Counted from the first letter of the stretch, positions 1 to 11,563 are shown. The stretch: DNA of 64,000 nucleotides from Octopus sinensis (GCF_006345805.1 NW_021832843.1:25855-89854); one strand, 5' to 3'. Program-made: numbers and translations. Notes: generated by a model from the sequence alone, not told the origin.

Positions 1-28
1 CACCGAAACAGAATTCTAGAACGCCTCT

Positions 29-398
29 CTATCGGGAGTGTTTTTCAGAAAGAATCAGGTTTAGAAGTACAGAAGATTTTCCTCGATCCTGGAAGTAAAT
101 GAGTTTTTTCTGGATGTAAATGACAATAAAGACAGTCCCTTCAGACAGGGATCCATCTATGCATCCACCAGGGTAAGAGAGCCAGACGTCTTTAGACGTC
201 CGGAAACCTTGCAGTGAACATCACGCTCTTTAGTACTAGTAGAAGATTGCAATTGTACAATATGATTTGTGGAGCTAACCCTTAGAAGTGAGTGCAAAGT
301 CCTCAAAAACATACTCAGACATTTCCAACTGTTGGGCAGATATAGACTGGATTTCCCGAATTTGCCTGTATGGTCTTGGAGCAAAAACAACGAGTCGT
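29..398 (-). CDS. Possible two-exon coding fragment of unknown product (exons 398-280 and 207-29)
   Basis: Non-repetitive sequence. An acceptor ttactag, a 119-nt exon (RLVVFAPRPYRQIREIQSISAQQLEMSEYVFEDFALTSK), a GT..AG 72-nt intron containing in-frame stops, then an exon reading GFRTSKDVWLSYPGG...EKHSR-stop. No family recognised, and other frames are also partly open. Confidence 0.2.
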
Positions 399-479
399 CT
401 AGTAAATAGTGGCAGAAAACATAGATCAGAAGGTGAATGTTTTGATTAATCACTCAAGAATTACGTACAAATTACGTCA

Positions 480-640
480 ACCTTCGGTCGCCAATACTCT
501 TCCTTAGCTGATTGGACTGAACCAACGTAAAAGGATATAAAATGCCTTGCTCAAGGACATAGCTTGCCACTCGATCCAGGAATCGAACCCACGTTGGACT
601 CACGGAATTTTGTGACCCTGAGCCCAACAAAACCTTAACC
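480..640 (-). mobile_element. Decayed tRNA-derived SINE (family 2, central module GTCCTTGAGCAAGGCA)
   Basis: Minus strand shows box A-like TGGTGGTTAAG, box B GGTTCGATTCC and the central module shared with the copies at 25640-25810 and 63337-63510. Confidence 0.65.
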
Positions 641-1221
641 ACCAAGCAACGCTTCTTCATTATAAATACCATGGGTAGATAAAAAAAAACAAAAAAAACG
701 GCTCTTGCGGTATTCAAAGCTAGCACTGTTGAACTGAAGGGTGTCTCGTTATCTCGTAAGAATAAATTTGATATCTCTTCTTGCTGTAGTAAAAAGAAAA
801 GGTGAGCGCTTGCACGTTAGCTAATCCGAAATATACTGCATAAATTCTCCGTGTTCAGTAGTTCCTTAATGACACAAAGCATCATGGAATACGTCACAGA
901 TTCACCATTTGGATGACGCGTGCAGTGTCGATAACGCGGCACCCCTTAGCGTGCATCATGTCACACATAGCTATTTAAATGTTGTCTCGTGAAGGCTAAC
1001 TTACCAATTAAGTGACGAACTGCTCATGCTCTCCACTTATCAGGTTTCACGGTCATAAAAACCATAACACCATATTTGATATTTGATATTGTGGTTGTTT
1101 ATGTACGTACGGAAGCAAGGCGTGGTGAGATGCTGTGGCGATGCGCCCGAGTTTATATAAATAAATAAGTCTTACTGTAACTTACATATACGTCCTTTAG
1201 TCTGTCTTTGCATAAACTCAT

Positions 1222-1830
1222 ACACTCACACACACGCACATGCACTCACACACACATGCGCGCGCACACATACATACATGATCATAGACATGGAAATACG
1301 TACACTCTTATGCAGTCTTGATTGATGGATGACGCGCGAAGTCATATAATCTAATTTATTGTCAATGTTCGTTAAGTGTATTTTATACACTTATTCATAC
1401 ACACACAAACACACACACACCACATACACACCACACACCACACAAACACACACACACACACACACAAACGTACACACTTACAGACACATAGACACACACA
1501 CAGGCACATACACATGCAATCATGGAACGTACGCAAAACACATACAGATACACAGACACAGCACAAACACAAACAGCCATACACGCACATACACATATAC
1601 ACAGACAGAATGCATACACTGCTTGACTGATCGCCTAAACACACATGCATAGTGACAATAATAATTTTGTGTGTATATTTGCGTACGAAGTCACATAGAT
1701 TGATGAAAATATTGACACGTGATATATTCATCGCACACGCATGCCCACATACACGCGCCAACACATGTTTCAAGCACGTGCGTACAACACACACATGCAC
1801 ACACTTGTATATATGCACACATGCATGTTC
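1222..1830. repeat. Compound (CA)n/(CATA)n microsatellite region
   Basis: Direct inspection; source of the His/Thr- and Val/Cys-rich spurious ORFs. Confidence 0.9.
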
Positions 1831-1967
1831 GTACAAAAACCCAGCATGCAGTTTAAATCAGTGACGCGCGTTATACGACATCACCTCCAGCCCTTCATTA
1901 ATCGTCGTTCTAACCTAAAGAGTCACTGTAATTGCCGGTGAGTGCGTTCTCATTCGCAGTATTTGAA

Positions 1968-2367
1968 GGCGGCGAGCTGGCAGAAACGTTAGCACGTCGG
2001 GCGAAATGCTTAGCAGTATTTCGTCTGCCATTACGTTCTGAGTTCAAATTCCACCGAGGTCGACTTTGCCTTTCATCATTTCGGGGTCGATTAAATTAAG
2101 TACCAGTTATGCACTGGGGTCGATGTAATCGACTCAATCCGTTTGTCTGTCCTTGTTTGTCCTCTCCGTGTTTAGCCCCTTGTGGGTAGTAAAGAAATAG
2201 GTATTTCGTCTGTCTTTACGTTCTGAGTTCAAATTACGCTGAGGTCGACTTTACCTTTCACCCTTCCGGGTCGATAATTTAAGTACCAGTTGTGTACTGG
2301 GGTCGATCTAATCGACTGGCGCCCCTCCCCCAAATTTTTGGACCTTGTGCCTAGAGTAGAAAAGAAT
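1968..2367 (+). mobile_element. Dimeric tRNA-derived SINE (family 1)
   Basis: Head GGCGGCGAGCTGGCAGAAACG, box B GAGTTCAAATTCC, body GAGGTCGACTTTGCCTTTCATC..GGGGTCGAT..AAGTACCAGT. A second, headless monomer follows the junction GTAAAGAAATAGGTATTTCGTC and ends GCCTAGAGTAGAAAAGAAT. Confidence 0.92.
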
Positions 2368-2446
2368 AAAATAGATACAAGTTGAACACTCAAGTCGATA
2401 TAATCAACTTACCCTATCCATTCTGCCAAAATTTGAAATTTTAAAG

Positions 2447-3440
2447 ATGGCGAGCTAGTTGAGCGTTACCGCGCCGGATAAAATGTTTAGCAGCATTTCG
2501 TCCGTCTTTTTCGTTCCGAGTTCAAATTCTGGTCGACTTTGATTTTATCCTTTCGTGGTCGATAATATAAATACCAGTTGCACACTGGAATTGATGTAGT
2601 CGACTCATCCTATCCTCCGAAATTGCTGGCCTTGTACCAAAATTTAAAACCAATAATTATAGGTAGCAAGTTCGTAAGACCGCTACCGTATTCGACAAAA
2701 TGCTTAGCAGCATTTCGTCCGTCTTCGGGTTCTGAGTTCAAATAGTGCCGAGGTCGACTTTGTCTTTTATCTTTCCGGAGTCGATAAAAATAAGTATCAA
2801 TTGAATTCTAGAATCGATGTAATTAACCAGCCCCCGCCTCCGAAATTGCTGGCCTTGTACCAAGATTTGAAACCAATATTCAAAGATAGCAAGCAGAATT
2901 GTTACCGCGCCGGGCAAAGTGCTTAGTGACATTTCGGCGTCTTTACGTCTGAGATCAAATTCCGCTGAGTTTGACTTTAACTTTATCCTTTCTATTTAGA
3001 TAAAATAAGTAGCAATTGAACACGGGGCTCGATGTAGTCGACTACATGTCCTTATTTGTCCTCTCTGTGTTTAGCCTCTTGTGGGTAGTAAAGAAATAGA
3101 AACAGGTATTTCGTCTGCAACTACGTTCTGAGTTCAAATTCCGCCGAGGTCGACTTTTCCTTTCATCTTTCTGGGTCGATTAAATAAGTACCAGTTACGC
3201 ACTGGGGTCGATATAATCGACTTAATCCGTTTGTCTGTCCTCTGTTTAGCCCCTTGTGGGTAGTAAAGAAATAGGAATTGATTCTGGTTCTTTACGTTCT
3301 GAATTCAAATTCCATCAAGCTCGACTTAGCCATTCATCCATTCCGGTCTATAAAATAAGTACCAGTTCCGCGCTGCGGTAGATGTATATTAAGTCTCCAC
3401 ACATTCCTCAGAACTGTTGGCCTTGTAACAAAATTTGTAG
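2447..3440 (+). mobile_element. Tandem array of degenerate family-1 SINE copies
   Basis: About five further co-oriented copies of the GAGTTCAAAT..GTCGAC..GTCGAT..AAGTACCAGT module. Confidence 0.88.
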
Positions 3441-3590
3441 TGTACAATGGTGAATGACAGTAAAAGTTTATGTCTTGGTTTCAATTCTCAACTGAAGCCA
3501 TTTCATTTCGCTTATTGTTAATGCTGGAGCTGTTACGTTTGTTGCTATCAGTGATGCTATAGCTTGTGTTTGCTGTTAGTAATTCAACTG

Positions 3591-3666
3591 TCTTCTTCTT
3601 CTTCTTCTTCTTCTTCTTCTTCTTCTTCTTCTTCTTCTTCTTCTCTTCTTCTTCTTCTTCTTCTTC
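3591..3666. repeat. (CTT)n microsatellite
   Basis: Direct inspection. Confidence 0.95.
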
Positions 3667-3983
3667 CAATCAGGACTCACGCCATTAGCCAGAAAGAATA
3701 ATCCCTAATTCGAGTCTACTCTAAGCTACTAAGAATGCGTGTGGCAATATATATATATATAAGTTCAGCAAAAATTTAGATTCGAATAATATAGTACTTA
3801 ATTTAGATGCACCAGAATTTTTTATGGTGTTATCCATAAAATTTTGTGGGGTGGTTATAATCAAAATAAGCAACAAGAATGACTCCGGTAATTTGGTACA
3901 ATTGTTTCGCACTACATCATTTTATTAAATGTTATAAGTATTACAACAGATTTAAGATGCTGACTAATCATCAGCTTATTTTG

Positions 3984-4022
<39 letters not shown>

Positions 4023-4251
4023 ATGAAAAACAGGACACAAAGGATGTTGCGGTACATAGGTTTCCAGCTTTATAGAACAACTTATGTCGATTATGCATTG
4101 ATGTAAGAATACGTTGTTCTACAAAGCTCGAAACATATGAACCGCAACATCCTTGTGTCCTTTTTTCATTTATTTCATTTGATACATATATCCTCTCACC
4201 TATGCTACTAGCTGGTATATACAGATGCTTACATTTATCAAGCATATATAC

Positions 4252-4286
<35 letters not shown>

Positions 4287-4313
4287 TATACATACATATA
4301 TATATATATATAT

Positions 4314-5016
4314 ATCCTTAAATCCTTAAATCCTTAAAAATGTTTTAGCCCGAAGGCCGCGGCCATGCTGGGGCACCACCGCTGAATGAGCTACACTAGT
4401 TTGTGAATCCACCTCTGATACGTGGCACTTGATCAACAAGGGAGTTCGATGCTGCTGCCCGCATCCGTGTCTCCTGTCGTGAGGTAGGTTCATCTGGGAC
4501 TCCCAACAAGAAGAGATCCAGTTTAGTTTTAAAGAAACCCACATCCACACCATGTAGTCTCTCAGGCATTTAGGGAGGATGTTAAAGAGCTGTGGTCCTC
4601 TGAAACCCAAGCTGTTGCAGTATCTGGACCTGTATTTGATGGTGATGTTGGAATCCTTGGCACCACGCAGCGGCGCCCCGTTCTGCGGTTGGAGTAACTT
4701 TGAATGCCAAAGTTTGGGACAAGACCCTCCAGGATTTTCCAGATGTATATCACTGCATATCTCTCCCGCCTCCGCTCCAGGGAGAAGAGGTTTAATACCT
4801 TCAGTCTTTCCCAGTAGCTGACATTTTGCATTGAGACGATTTTCTTTGTGTAGCTTCTCTGAGTTGCTTCGAGTTCTGCTGTTTGTTTTATATTGTGTGG
4901 TGACCAAAGTTGGGAGCAGTAGTCCAAGCGGCTGAGGACAAATGTTTTCCATAGGACCATCAGTGTCTCCTTCTCTCTTGTTCTGAAAGTTCGGAGAATC
5001 CATCCAGCTAGCCGTC

Positions 5017-5019
<3 letters not shown>
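4314..5019 (-). mobile_element. 5'-truncated CR1-like LINE (RT C-terminus plus 3' UTR)
   Basis: Minus ORF 4562-4960 reads LWKTFVLSRLDYCSQLWSP...YWERLKVLNLFSLERRRERY, typical of the CR1-group post-RT region. The 3' tail is a tandem (TTAAGGAT)-type repeat, and (TA)n flanks both sides. Confidence 0.88.
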
Positions 5020-5051
<32 letters not shown>

Positions 5052-5083
5052 TTTATTTAAAGCAGCAGAAAATTCAACAAAAC

Positions 5084-5121
5084 CTGTTACTCTGAGTTTC
5101 CCGTTGCCGTTCATCGGACAG
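5084..5121 (-). ncRNA. Minimal type I hammerhead ribozyme-like motif (C4 variant)
   Basis: Minus strand: CTGT-CCGATGA-ACGGCAACGG-GAAAC-TCAGA-GTA-ACAG, with stem I CTGT/ACAG and palindromic stem III ACTC/GAGT; stem II is weak. Confidence 0.55.
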
Positions 5122-5137
5122 TTTTTTCTAGCAAAAA

Positions 5138-5175
5138 CTGTCCGATGAACGGCAACGGCAAACTCAGAGTAACAG
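5138..5175 (+). ncRNA. Decayed minimal hammerhead motif (mirror of 5084-5121; GAAAC changed to CAAAC)
   Basis: CTGT-CCGATGA-ACGGCAACGG-CAAAC-TCAGA-GTA-ACAG. Confidence 0.45.
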
Positions 5176-5277
5176 GTTTTGTTGAATTTTCTGCTGCTTT
5201 GAATAAAGCATATTACTCTATCACTGGTATTTGAGTACTCTTTTTTCCACATTGTTTCACATTTATGTGTTTACTCC

Positions 5278-5344
<67 letters not shown>

Positions 5345-5813
5345 ATAATACAGTGATGTGTCTTATCAGGAACAAAATGTTTAATAGGACTGCTATAGAA
5401 GTGCTCAATTGAAAGAGACAAATATATCAAACTAAGGTTATAGAACAAACAAATGCAGGTCATCTACATAACATTTCATATCTCGAACATTTAATCATAG
5501 AATATACATTTATAACATCACGGAAGATGAAACATAACTCATCTGTACAAGCATACAAGAAAGTGCAAGAAAAATGTGTGAATACAGTTCATCACGGTTA
5601 AAAGTTAATACTTTAGCGATTAAGAAATATATATATTTTTAAAAAACATTACAACACCTAGAAAATAAATACGTAAAAATATAGTATAAAGTAATATATA
5701 AATATATAGGTATATACAAATATATAAATATATATATATATATAGGAAGCATATAAATAAGTAATACATAATATATAATGTAAAAAATATATATATATAT
5801 ATATATAATGGCC

Positions 5814-5876
5814 AGATAACCGAAGAGATGGTGTTGTGGATTTCCACTTCGGCATCTGAAACTCAGAGTTTTATCT
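5814..5876 (+). ncRNA. Type I hammerhead ribozyme-like motif (C4 variant, GUU triplet)
   Basis: Stem I AGATAA/TTATCT, core CCGAAGA, stem II GATG/CATC with inner GTGG/CCAC hairpin, one extra T, GAAAC, stem III ACTC/GAGT, triplet GTT. Confidence 0.6.
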
Positions 5877-5933
5877 TGACTATTGAGTAATTGTAACATA
5901 TTATTTTATAGATATATATTCATATATATACAT

Positions 5934-6420
5934 ACTTTATTTAAAAGCAGCAGAAATATAACAAAAGCTGTTACTCAATTTCATGTTCCCGTTCGTCGGA
6001 CGGTTTTGTTAAAATAAAACAGAAATAACGATTTGATCAAAACTAGATAAAAATGGATTTCTTTCGTTGGTCCTTTCAATTAATGGTCTTAAGCATGCAA
6101 TGAACAAAATAAACAAAATAAATGAATTCGATATAAATTCATTCTATTATAAAAACCGAGGAAAACCTTCGATTTATCGATTAGCGGATTCTAAATACAT
6201 ATTGTCATTAATTATATATGAAATATAATTCGATTAATACAATTAATACATTGAAAATTAAAATTAAAATTTTCACGCTGCATAACATAAATATTTTACA
6301 ACAATATATACGCATACTAAACCATCAATATAGATATATACATCAAAATACACAGATCGATATACACAGACTACATACATATACAGACCTTGTTTCACAT
6401 TTATGCGCTTACTCCGGTAC
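5934..6420. mobile_element. Second copy of the 5051-5280 repeat family with a longer interior and a decayed minus-strand hammerhead (5968-6003)
   Basis: Shares both termini with 5051-5280. Minus strand reads CCGT-CCGACGA-..-GAAAT-TGA-GTA-ACAG. Confidence 0.55.
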
Positions 6421-6433
6421 ATACACGCACACG

Positions 6434-6484
<51 letters not shown>

Positions 6485-6585
6485 AATATGATATAGTATA
6501 ATTTAATATATGTGTGTATAGCATTTATAATCCTCCACAAACACACGCTAATATATGTGCACATTGAAAGTCGCTTATAATAATC

Positions 6586-6798
6586 CTATCCATTGTAGGC
6601 ACAAGGCCTTAAATTTTAGGGGAGGGGATTAGTCGATTATATTGACTCCAGTGTTCAACTGGTACTTATGTTTTCGACCCCAGAAGGATGAAAAGGGAAG
6701 TCGACCTCGGCGGAATTTGAACTCAGAACGTAAAGATGGGTGAAATGTCGCTAAGCATTTAGCCCAGCGTGCTAACTATTCTGGCAGCTCACCGCCTT
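6586..6798 (-). mobile_element. Family-1 SINE with 19-bp TSD
   Basis: Reverse complement of the SINE head and body. AAAGTCGCTTATAATAATC occurs at 6567-6585 and 6799-6817. Confidence 0.92.
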
Positions 6799-7329
6799 AA
6801 AGTCGCTTATAATAATCACGGAAAATGCAACGAAACGGACGGTTACTGTTACCAATATTGGTGAGTCTCAAACATTTTAAAGATATATTCATAATTTCTG
6901 CTCAATATGAACAGTCGATTATTGTTATCACAAATTCTTCGTTTCAAAACTATAAAAGCACCTTCCATTCGAAGCCGTTTACCATAATCATGGCTAATGC
7001 CACTCACTGGATTTTCTTACCGAAATTACTGTGTCGCAAACGCACTGCGAATCACAATACTGTAATACTGATTTTATTCTCTGCTTAATTTTATTACCCG
7101 GTTCTTTTTTCTAAAAGGCTCCGTCCAAAATTGATCACAGTAAGCGAATTCTACTGTACATTTGTAATTTTCATATCTGTAATTATATTTCTTTTGTATT
7201 CTAATGTCTCGAATTGATGTTCATTGTAACGTTGCCCTCTTTCACGCCCTTGCTACAAATATAAGAACCGACCGTTGGCGTTGGACTTCGCCTCGTTTTT
7301 TATTGGATTGTCAATTTATAAGTTGAAGG

Positions 7330-7350
7330 ACACGCAAACACACACACACA

Positions 7351-7381
<31 letters not shown>

Positions 7382-7860
7382 AATGCATGCATACCGAAAA
7401 ATATAAGCACGCACAAACGACATGCACATACAAACACACTTACAGATGCATACACACATAAACACACACACATATATATACACACAAGCATATACACAAA
7501 CACGCAAATACACGCACATATACTCATGCAGAGCAACACATAAATAGCCACATACAATGAGATATACACGCACAAACAAACATTCATACACACACAAACA
7601 CACTTACACAGACATATATATATACACATAAACACACACTCACACAGACATATATATATACACATAAGCACACACTCACACATATACATGTACACATAAA
7701 CATACACATACACACACTTACACACGGACCTACACACGTACGCACGCATAATCACAAGCGTACACACAAAATGCTCCTACACACAAACACGCATACACAC
7801 ATATACACACCATCACACACACACACACACACACACACGCGTTCGCACGCATACGCACCG
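7330..7860. repeat. Degenerate (CA)n/(CATA)n tract
   Basis: Direct inspection. Confidence 0.9.
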
Positions 7861-8685
7861 TCTCCCGCACACTCGCTTAACGTAGCTCCAAACAGTACAA
7901 GCGGTTTCGTTTTGTCTTCTCGGTTGTATGCGGCCATATTGCGAGGAAGCAGGGGGGAGGAAGGGGAACAATGGCTGCATGTTTTCCTCCATTTTGCAAA
8001 ACCTGAGTAATTAAAACTGTATTAATCAACGAAGTCGTTTGATTTTACACAAGGACCATTTCGCCTTCTCTCCTCTCCCCTTTCTTTCTTTTCCTTTTTT
8101 ATATTTCTTTTTGTAATTGTTTTTGTGGCTTTGATGGTTGATGTTTTTTTATTGCAGTTCATTTTTCGTTGTTGTTGTTGTTGTTATTGTTGGCGGGGGT
8201 GGAGGAAGTGGTATTCCTCTTATTTATGCCTTTTTTATTTCCTTGCCTTTTCCCAGCTGACCCATTGATGCTTTTTTTTTGTTTTCATAATTTCTTTTGT
8301 CTAATTTCCTTATTTTCTCTCTGTTTCTCTCTTTCTGTCCCTCTCTATCTCTTTCTTCCTCCCGTCTCTTCTTTCTCTCCCTCCTACCCACTCTTTACTT
8401 GTCTGTCTGTCTGTCTGGTTCAGAATTTGGCCGTCATTCTTTAAAATAGATTTAAAGCTAATAGCCAATATGTGTGTTGTATCCACTCGCGTACACACAC
8501 ACGCACACACGCACACAAATACATATATAATTAAATATGTAATTATATGTGTGTTAGTGTATATATGTATGTAGGTGTGTACGTTTGCATGTATATATGT
8601 ATGTATGTATAACGTGGTAATGGGGTTATTTCTTAAAGCTTAAAGATAACGAAATACTTTACTTATGAGAGAAAGCAGTCACATG

Positions 8686-8732
<47 letters not shown>

Positions 8733-8735
8733 AAT

Positions 8736-8759
<24 letters not shown>

Positions 8760-8770
<11 letters not shown>

Positions 8771-9119
8771 AACGGCAAAATGGCTGTGTGTGTGTCCTTT
8801 ATACAAATCCACAATTTTTCAGTTAGAGGGCTCGCACTTTCTATGGTCATTTTCTAACGTCCAAGAGTGGTTGTGCATATCTTTACATTTCCCCAGTCAC
8901 CCCACAAAGCGATTAAAAAGTCAATAGAAGTGATTTTTGGTGAATTTTCTATCCAAAACCCAATCAAAATACCCGAAACTTGATACGCCAATTGAATGTC
9001 AGCTAGCTATATGTGATTGGTCGGAGATTTGGACAGTACTCGCGTGTATGTGCGCATGCCCGCAGATGTATATGCATGCATTAGCACTATGATCCGGCGT
9101 TGCCGGGTCATAGTGCTAG
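8760..9119 (+). mobile_element. Non-autonomous Helitron
   Basis: 5' end TATATAAACGGCAAAATG..TGTGTCCTTTATAC is shared with 44375+. 3' end is a GC hairpin (CCGGC GTT GCCGG) terminating in CTAG followed by T. Confidence 0.75.
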
Positions 9120-9569
9120 TGTGTTATAAATTTGTGCTTGTGCGCATGCTTGATTGCTTTCTATCCCGATTTGTCGGCAGAGTGTAGTAATATTTTTACT
9201 GTTGTTTTGTGAAACAGAGTTGACATTGTCGCTATATGTACTCTCATTGTTGTTCTTCTTGTTATCATTGTTATTATTGTTACTATTGCTTTTGTTGTTT
9301 CTTTTGTGTATAATGATTGTTGATGTTCCCCAACAAATATTCTTGAACAACCACGGCCAAAGTCAAGTGAATTTTTTCCCGACCCGATACACGTCATAGA
9401 CTTTGTTCGATCTGTTGGCAAATGGCCCTCAATCGCACCCTGCTACCTTGATAAGCATCTAGAACAATGGATATACGATGTTTTTAAACTGAGATGGTCA
9501 ATACGGAACGTCTTTGGTCTTAAATACGCTCGATGAAAATTAACCTGAGGCTACACAATAATAGGATTG

Positions 9570-10020
9570 CTGCTACTACTGCTACTACTGCTACTACTAC
9601 TACTACTACTACTACAACAGCTGCTGCTGCTAATACAACTACTACTGCTACTACTACTAATAATAATAATAATAATAAGAAGAAGAAGAAGAAGAAGAAT
9701 ACAACCACCGCGCTACCACCACCATGTTTACCATCCCTATACCACCATCACCGTCCACATCCACCATTACCTCCACAACTACAATCACCCCCATAATTAT
9801 GCTTACCACCCCCACCACCATCATTAACACCTATCACCCTCAGACACTGCACCACCCCATCATCTTATTCGTCGTCACCATCACCTCTCACAACTTCGAA
9901 CTTCACCACCACCAACACCACCTCCATCACTATTACTACGACCACACTTCTCACCACCACCACCACTTCGAACATCTCCAGCAGCATCACCAACACACCA
10001 CAACCATTGCTATCATCAAC
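9570..10020. repeat. Compound trinucleotide tract (CTA, TAA, GAA, CAC/CAT)
   Basis: Direct inspection. Confidence 0.9.
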
Positions 10021-10261
10021 CCTTTCTACTTTAGGCATAAGGCCTGACATTTTGGAGGAAGCGTATAATTAAAATGTAGTACAGACATCTCACTGAATAC
10101 ACTAATTCTTTACTCGAATGAGCTATGGTGCCCGAGGAAGGACTGCAATACGAAACGTCATTAAATGTCTTTTCGAAGTGATGCTATTAAGTTAATCCTA
10201 ACTAGAACCAATTCAAGCCAACATTTCTCAAAGTATCTAAGTAACGTTTCGAATGGTGGCA

Positions 10262-10655
10262 TATAGGCACGGGTGTGATTGTGTGGTAAGAAGCTTGCTT
10301 ACCAGTCACACGGATCCGCGTTCAGTCCCAATGTGTGTCCCCTTGGGCTAATATCTTCTACAATAGCCGCGGACCGACCAAAGCCTTGTGAATGGATTTG
10401 GCAGATGGAAACTGAAAGAAGTGCGTCGCATGCACGTGTGTGTGTATTTCTGTGTCTTTGTTCGCCCCCCACCATCTCTTGACAACCGATGTCGGTGTGT
10501 TTACGTCCCTGTTACTTAGCAATTCGGCAAAAAGGACCGATAGTATACGTGCTAGGCTTACAAAGAATATGTCCTGGGGTCGATTTCTTCGACTAAAAGT
10601 CCTTTGAGGTGGTGCTCCGGCATGGCCGCAGACAAATGACTGAATCAAGTAAAAG
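10262..10655 (+). mobile_element. tRNA-derived SINE family 3 (CORE-like; resembles Octopus OR-type SINEs from memory)
   Basis: tRNA-like head, CCTTGGGC..TCTTCTA..ATAGCC module, internal (GT)n and tail GGTGCTCC.GCATGGCCGCAG..AAATGACTGAA..AAGTAAAAGA. The same modules recur at 30860-31270, 38990-39170, 40010-40320 and 41575-41865. Confidence 0.8.
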
Positions 10656-10973
10656 AATCAAAGAATTTTGTATGTATAAAACTTTTAACTCTGTATTCAA
10701 ATAGTTTTTGCTCCTTTTAATTTACAACACTTTTTCAAATACCAGTCTGCCTGTCTCCTGCTCTCTCTCGCTCGCGTTCTTTCTTTCTCTCTCTCGTCCT
10801 CCCTGGGGCATCTGTGTACGCATATGCATCCATGCCTAAATAAACATACACTCACACACTCATAAGTGCACACACACACACACATACACACAAATACATA
10901 CTCGTACACACACACACACAAGCACACACATGCATATGGAAAGAGAGATACATAGAAAGAGAGATAGATAGAA

Positions 10974-11014
<41 letters not shown>

Positions 11015-11189
11015 GACAGGCAGAAAGGGAGCGAGAGAGAGAGAGACAGAAAGTCAGAAAGGGAGAGAAGGTTGTTAGCAAGAGATACCAAAAATTATCG
11101 ATTACTAAGATCGATTACTAAGATACAATTGATCACATCGATCTTTGTTCATGGATAGCACCTAATATTTTTATTCACCAACAAGATGG

Positions 11190-11563
11190 ATGTAAGACTG
11201 CATTAGCCCCAATACAATACTCGTGGTACTCCGTCGATTACCATTTGATCCGATCGGCGGAACAAGCTGCTCGTGAAATTAACGTGCAAGTGGCTGAGCA
11301 CTCCACAGACACGTGTACCCTTAACGTAATTCTCGGGGAGACTCAGCGTGACACAGAATATGACAAGGCTGGCCCTTTTGAAATACAGGTACAACAAAAG
11401 CAGGAAGAAAGAGTGAGAGGGTTCACCACCACCCGTTGCCGGAACCTCGTAGAGCTTTAGGTGTTTTCGCTCAATAAACACTCACAACGCCCGGTTTGGG
11501 AATCGAAACCGCGATCCTACGACCCTGAGTCCGCAGCCCTAACCTCTGGGCCATTGCGCCTCC
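11190..11563 (-). mobile_element. tRNA-derived SINE family 2 (central module 1 plus tail a)
   Basis: Minus strand GGAGGCGCAATGGCCCAGAGG (box A), GGTTTCGATTCCC (box B), TTGTGAGTGTTTATTGAGCGAAAACACC central module. Confidence 0.88.

Larger units (their letters stand above)
5051..5280. mobile_element. Palindromic, probably Penelope-derived short repeat carrying hammerhead motifs
   Basis: Inverted arms 5051-5127 and 5132-5208 are centred on CTAG. A related copy at 5934-6420 shares the same start (CTTTATTTAAA..GCAGCAGAAA) and end (TTGTTTCACATTTATG..TTACTCCGGTA). Confidence 0.65.

Noticed and set aside
465-1870. Scattered TGACG/TACGT (CRE-like) half sites
   Set aside because: Short motifs with no spacing pattern; not distinguishable from chance without conservation data.
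4326-5252. 308-aa minus-strand ORF as a gene
   Set aside because: It runs through a palindrome, a (TA)n tract and an off-frame part of the CR1 fragment; the real LINE frame is 4562-4960.
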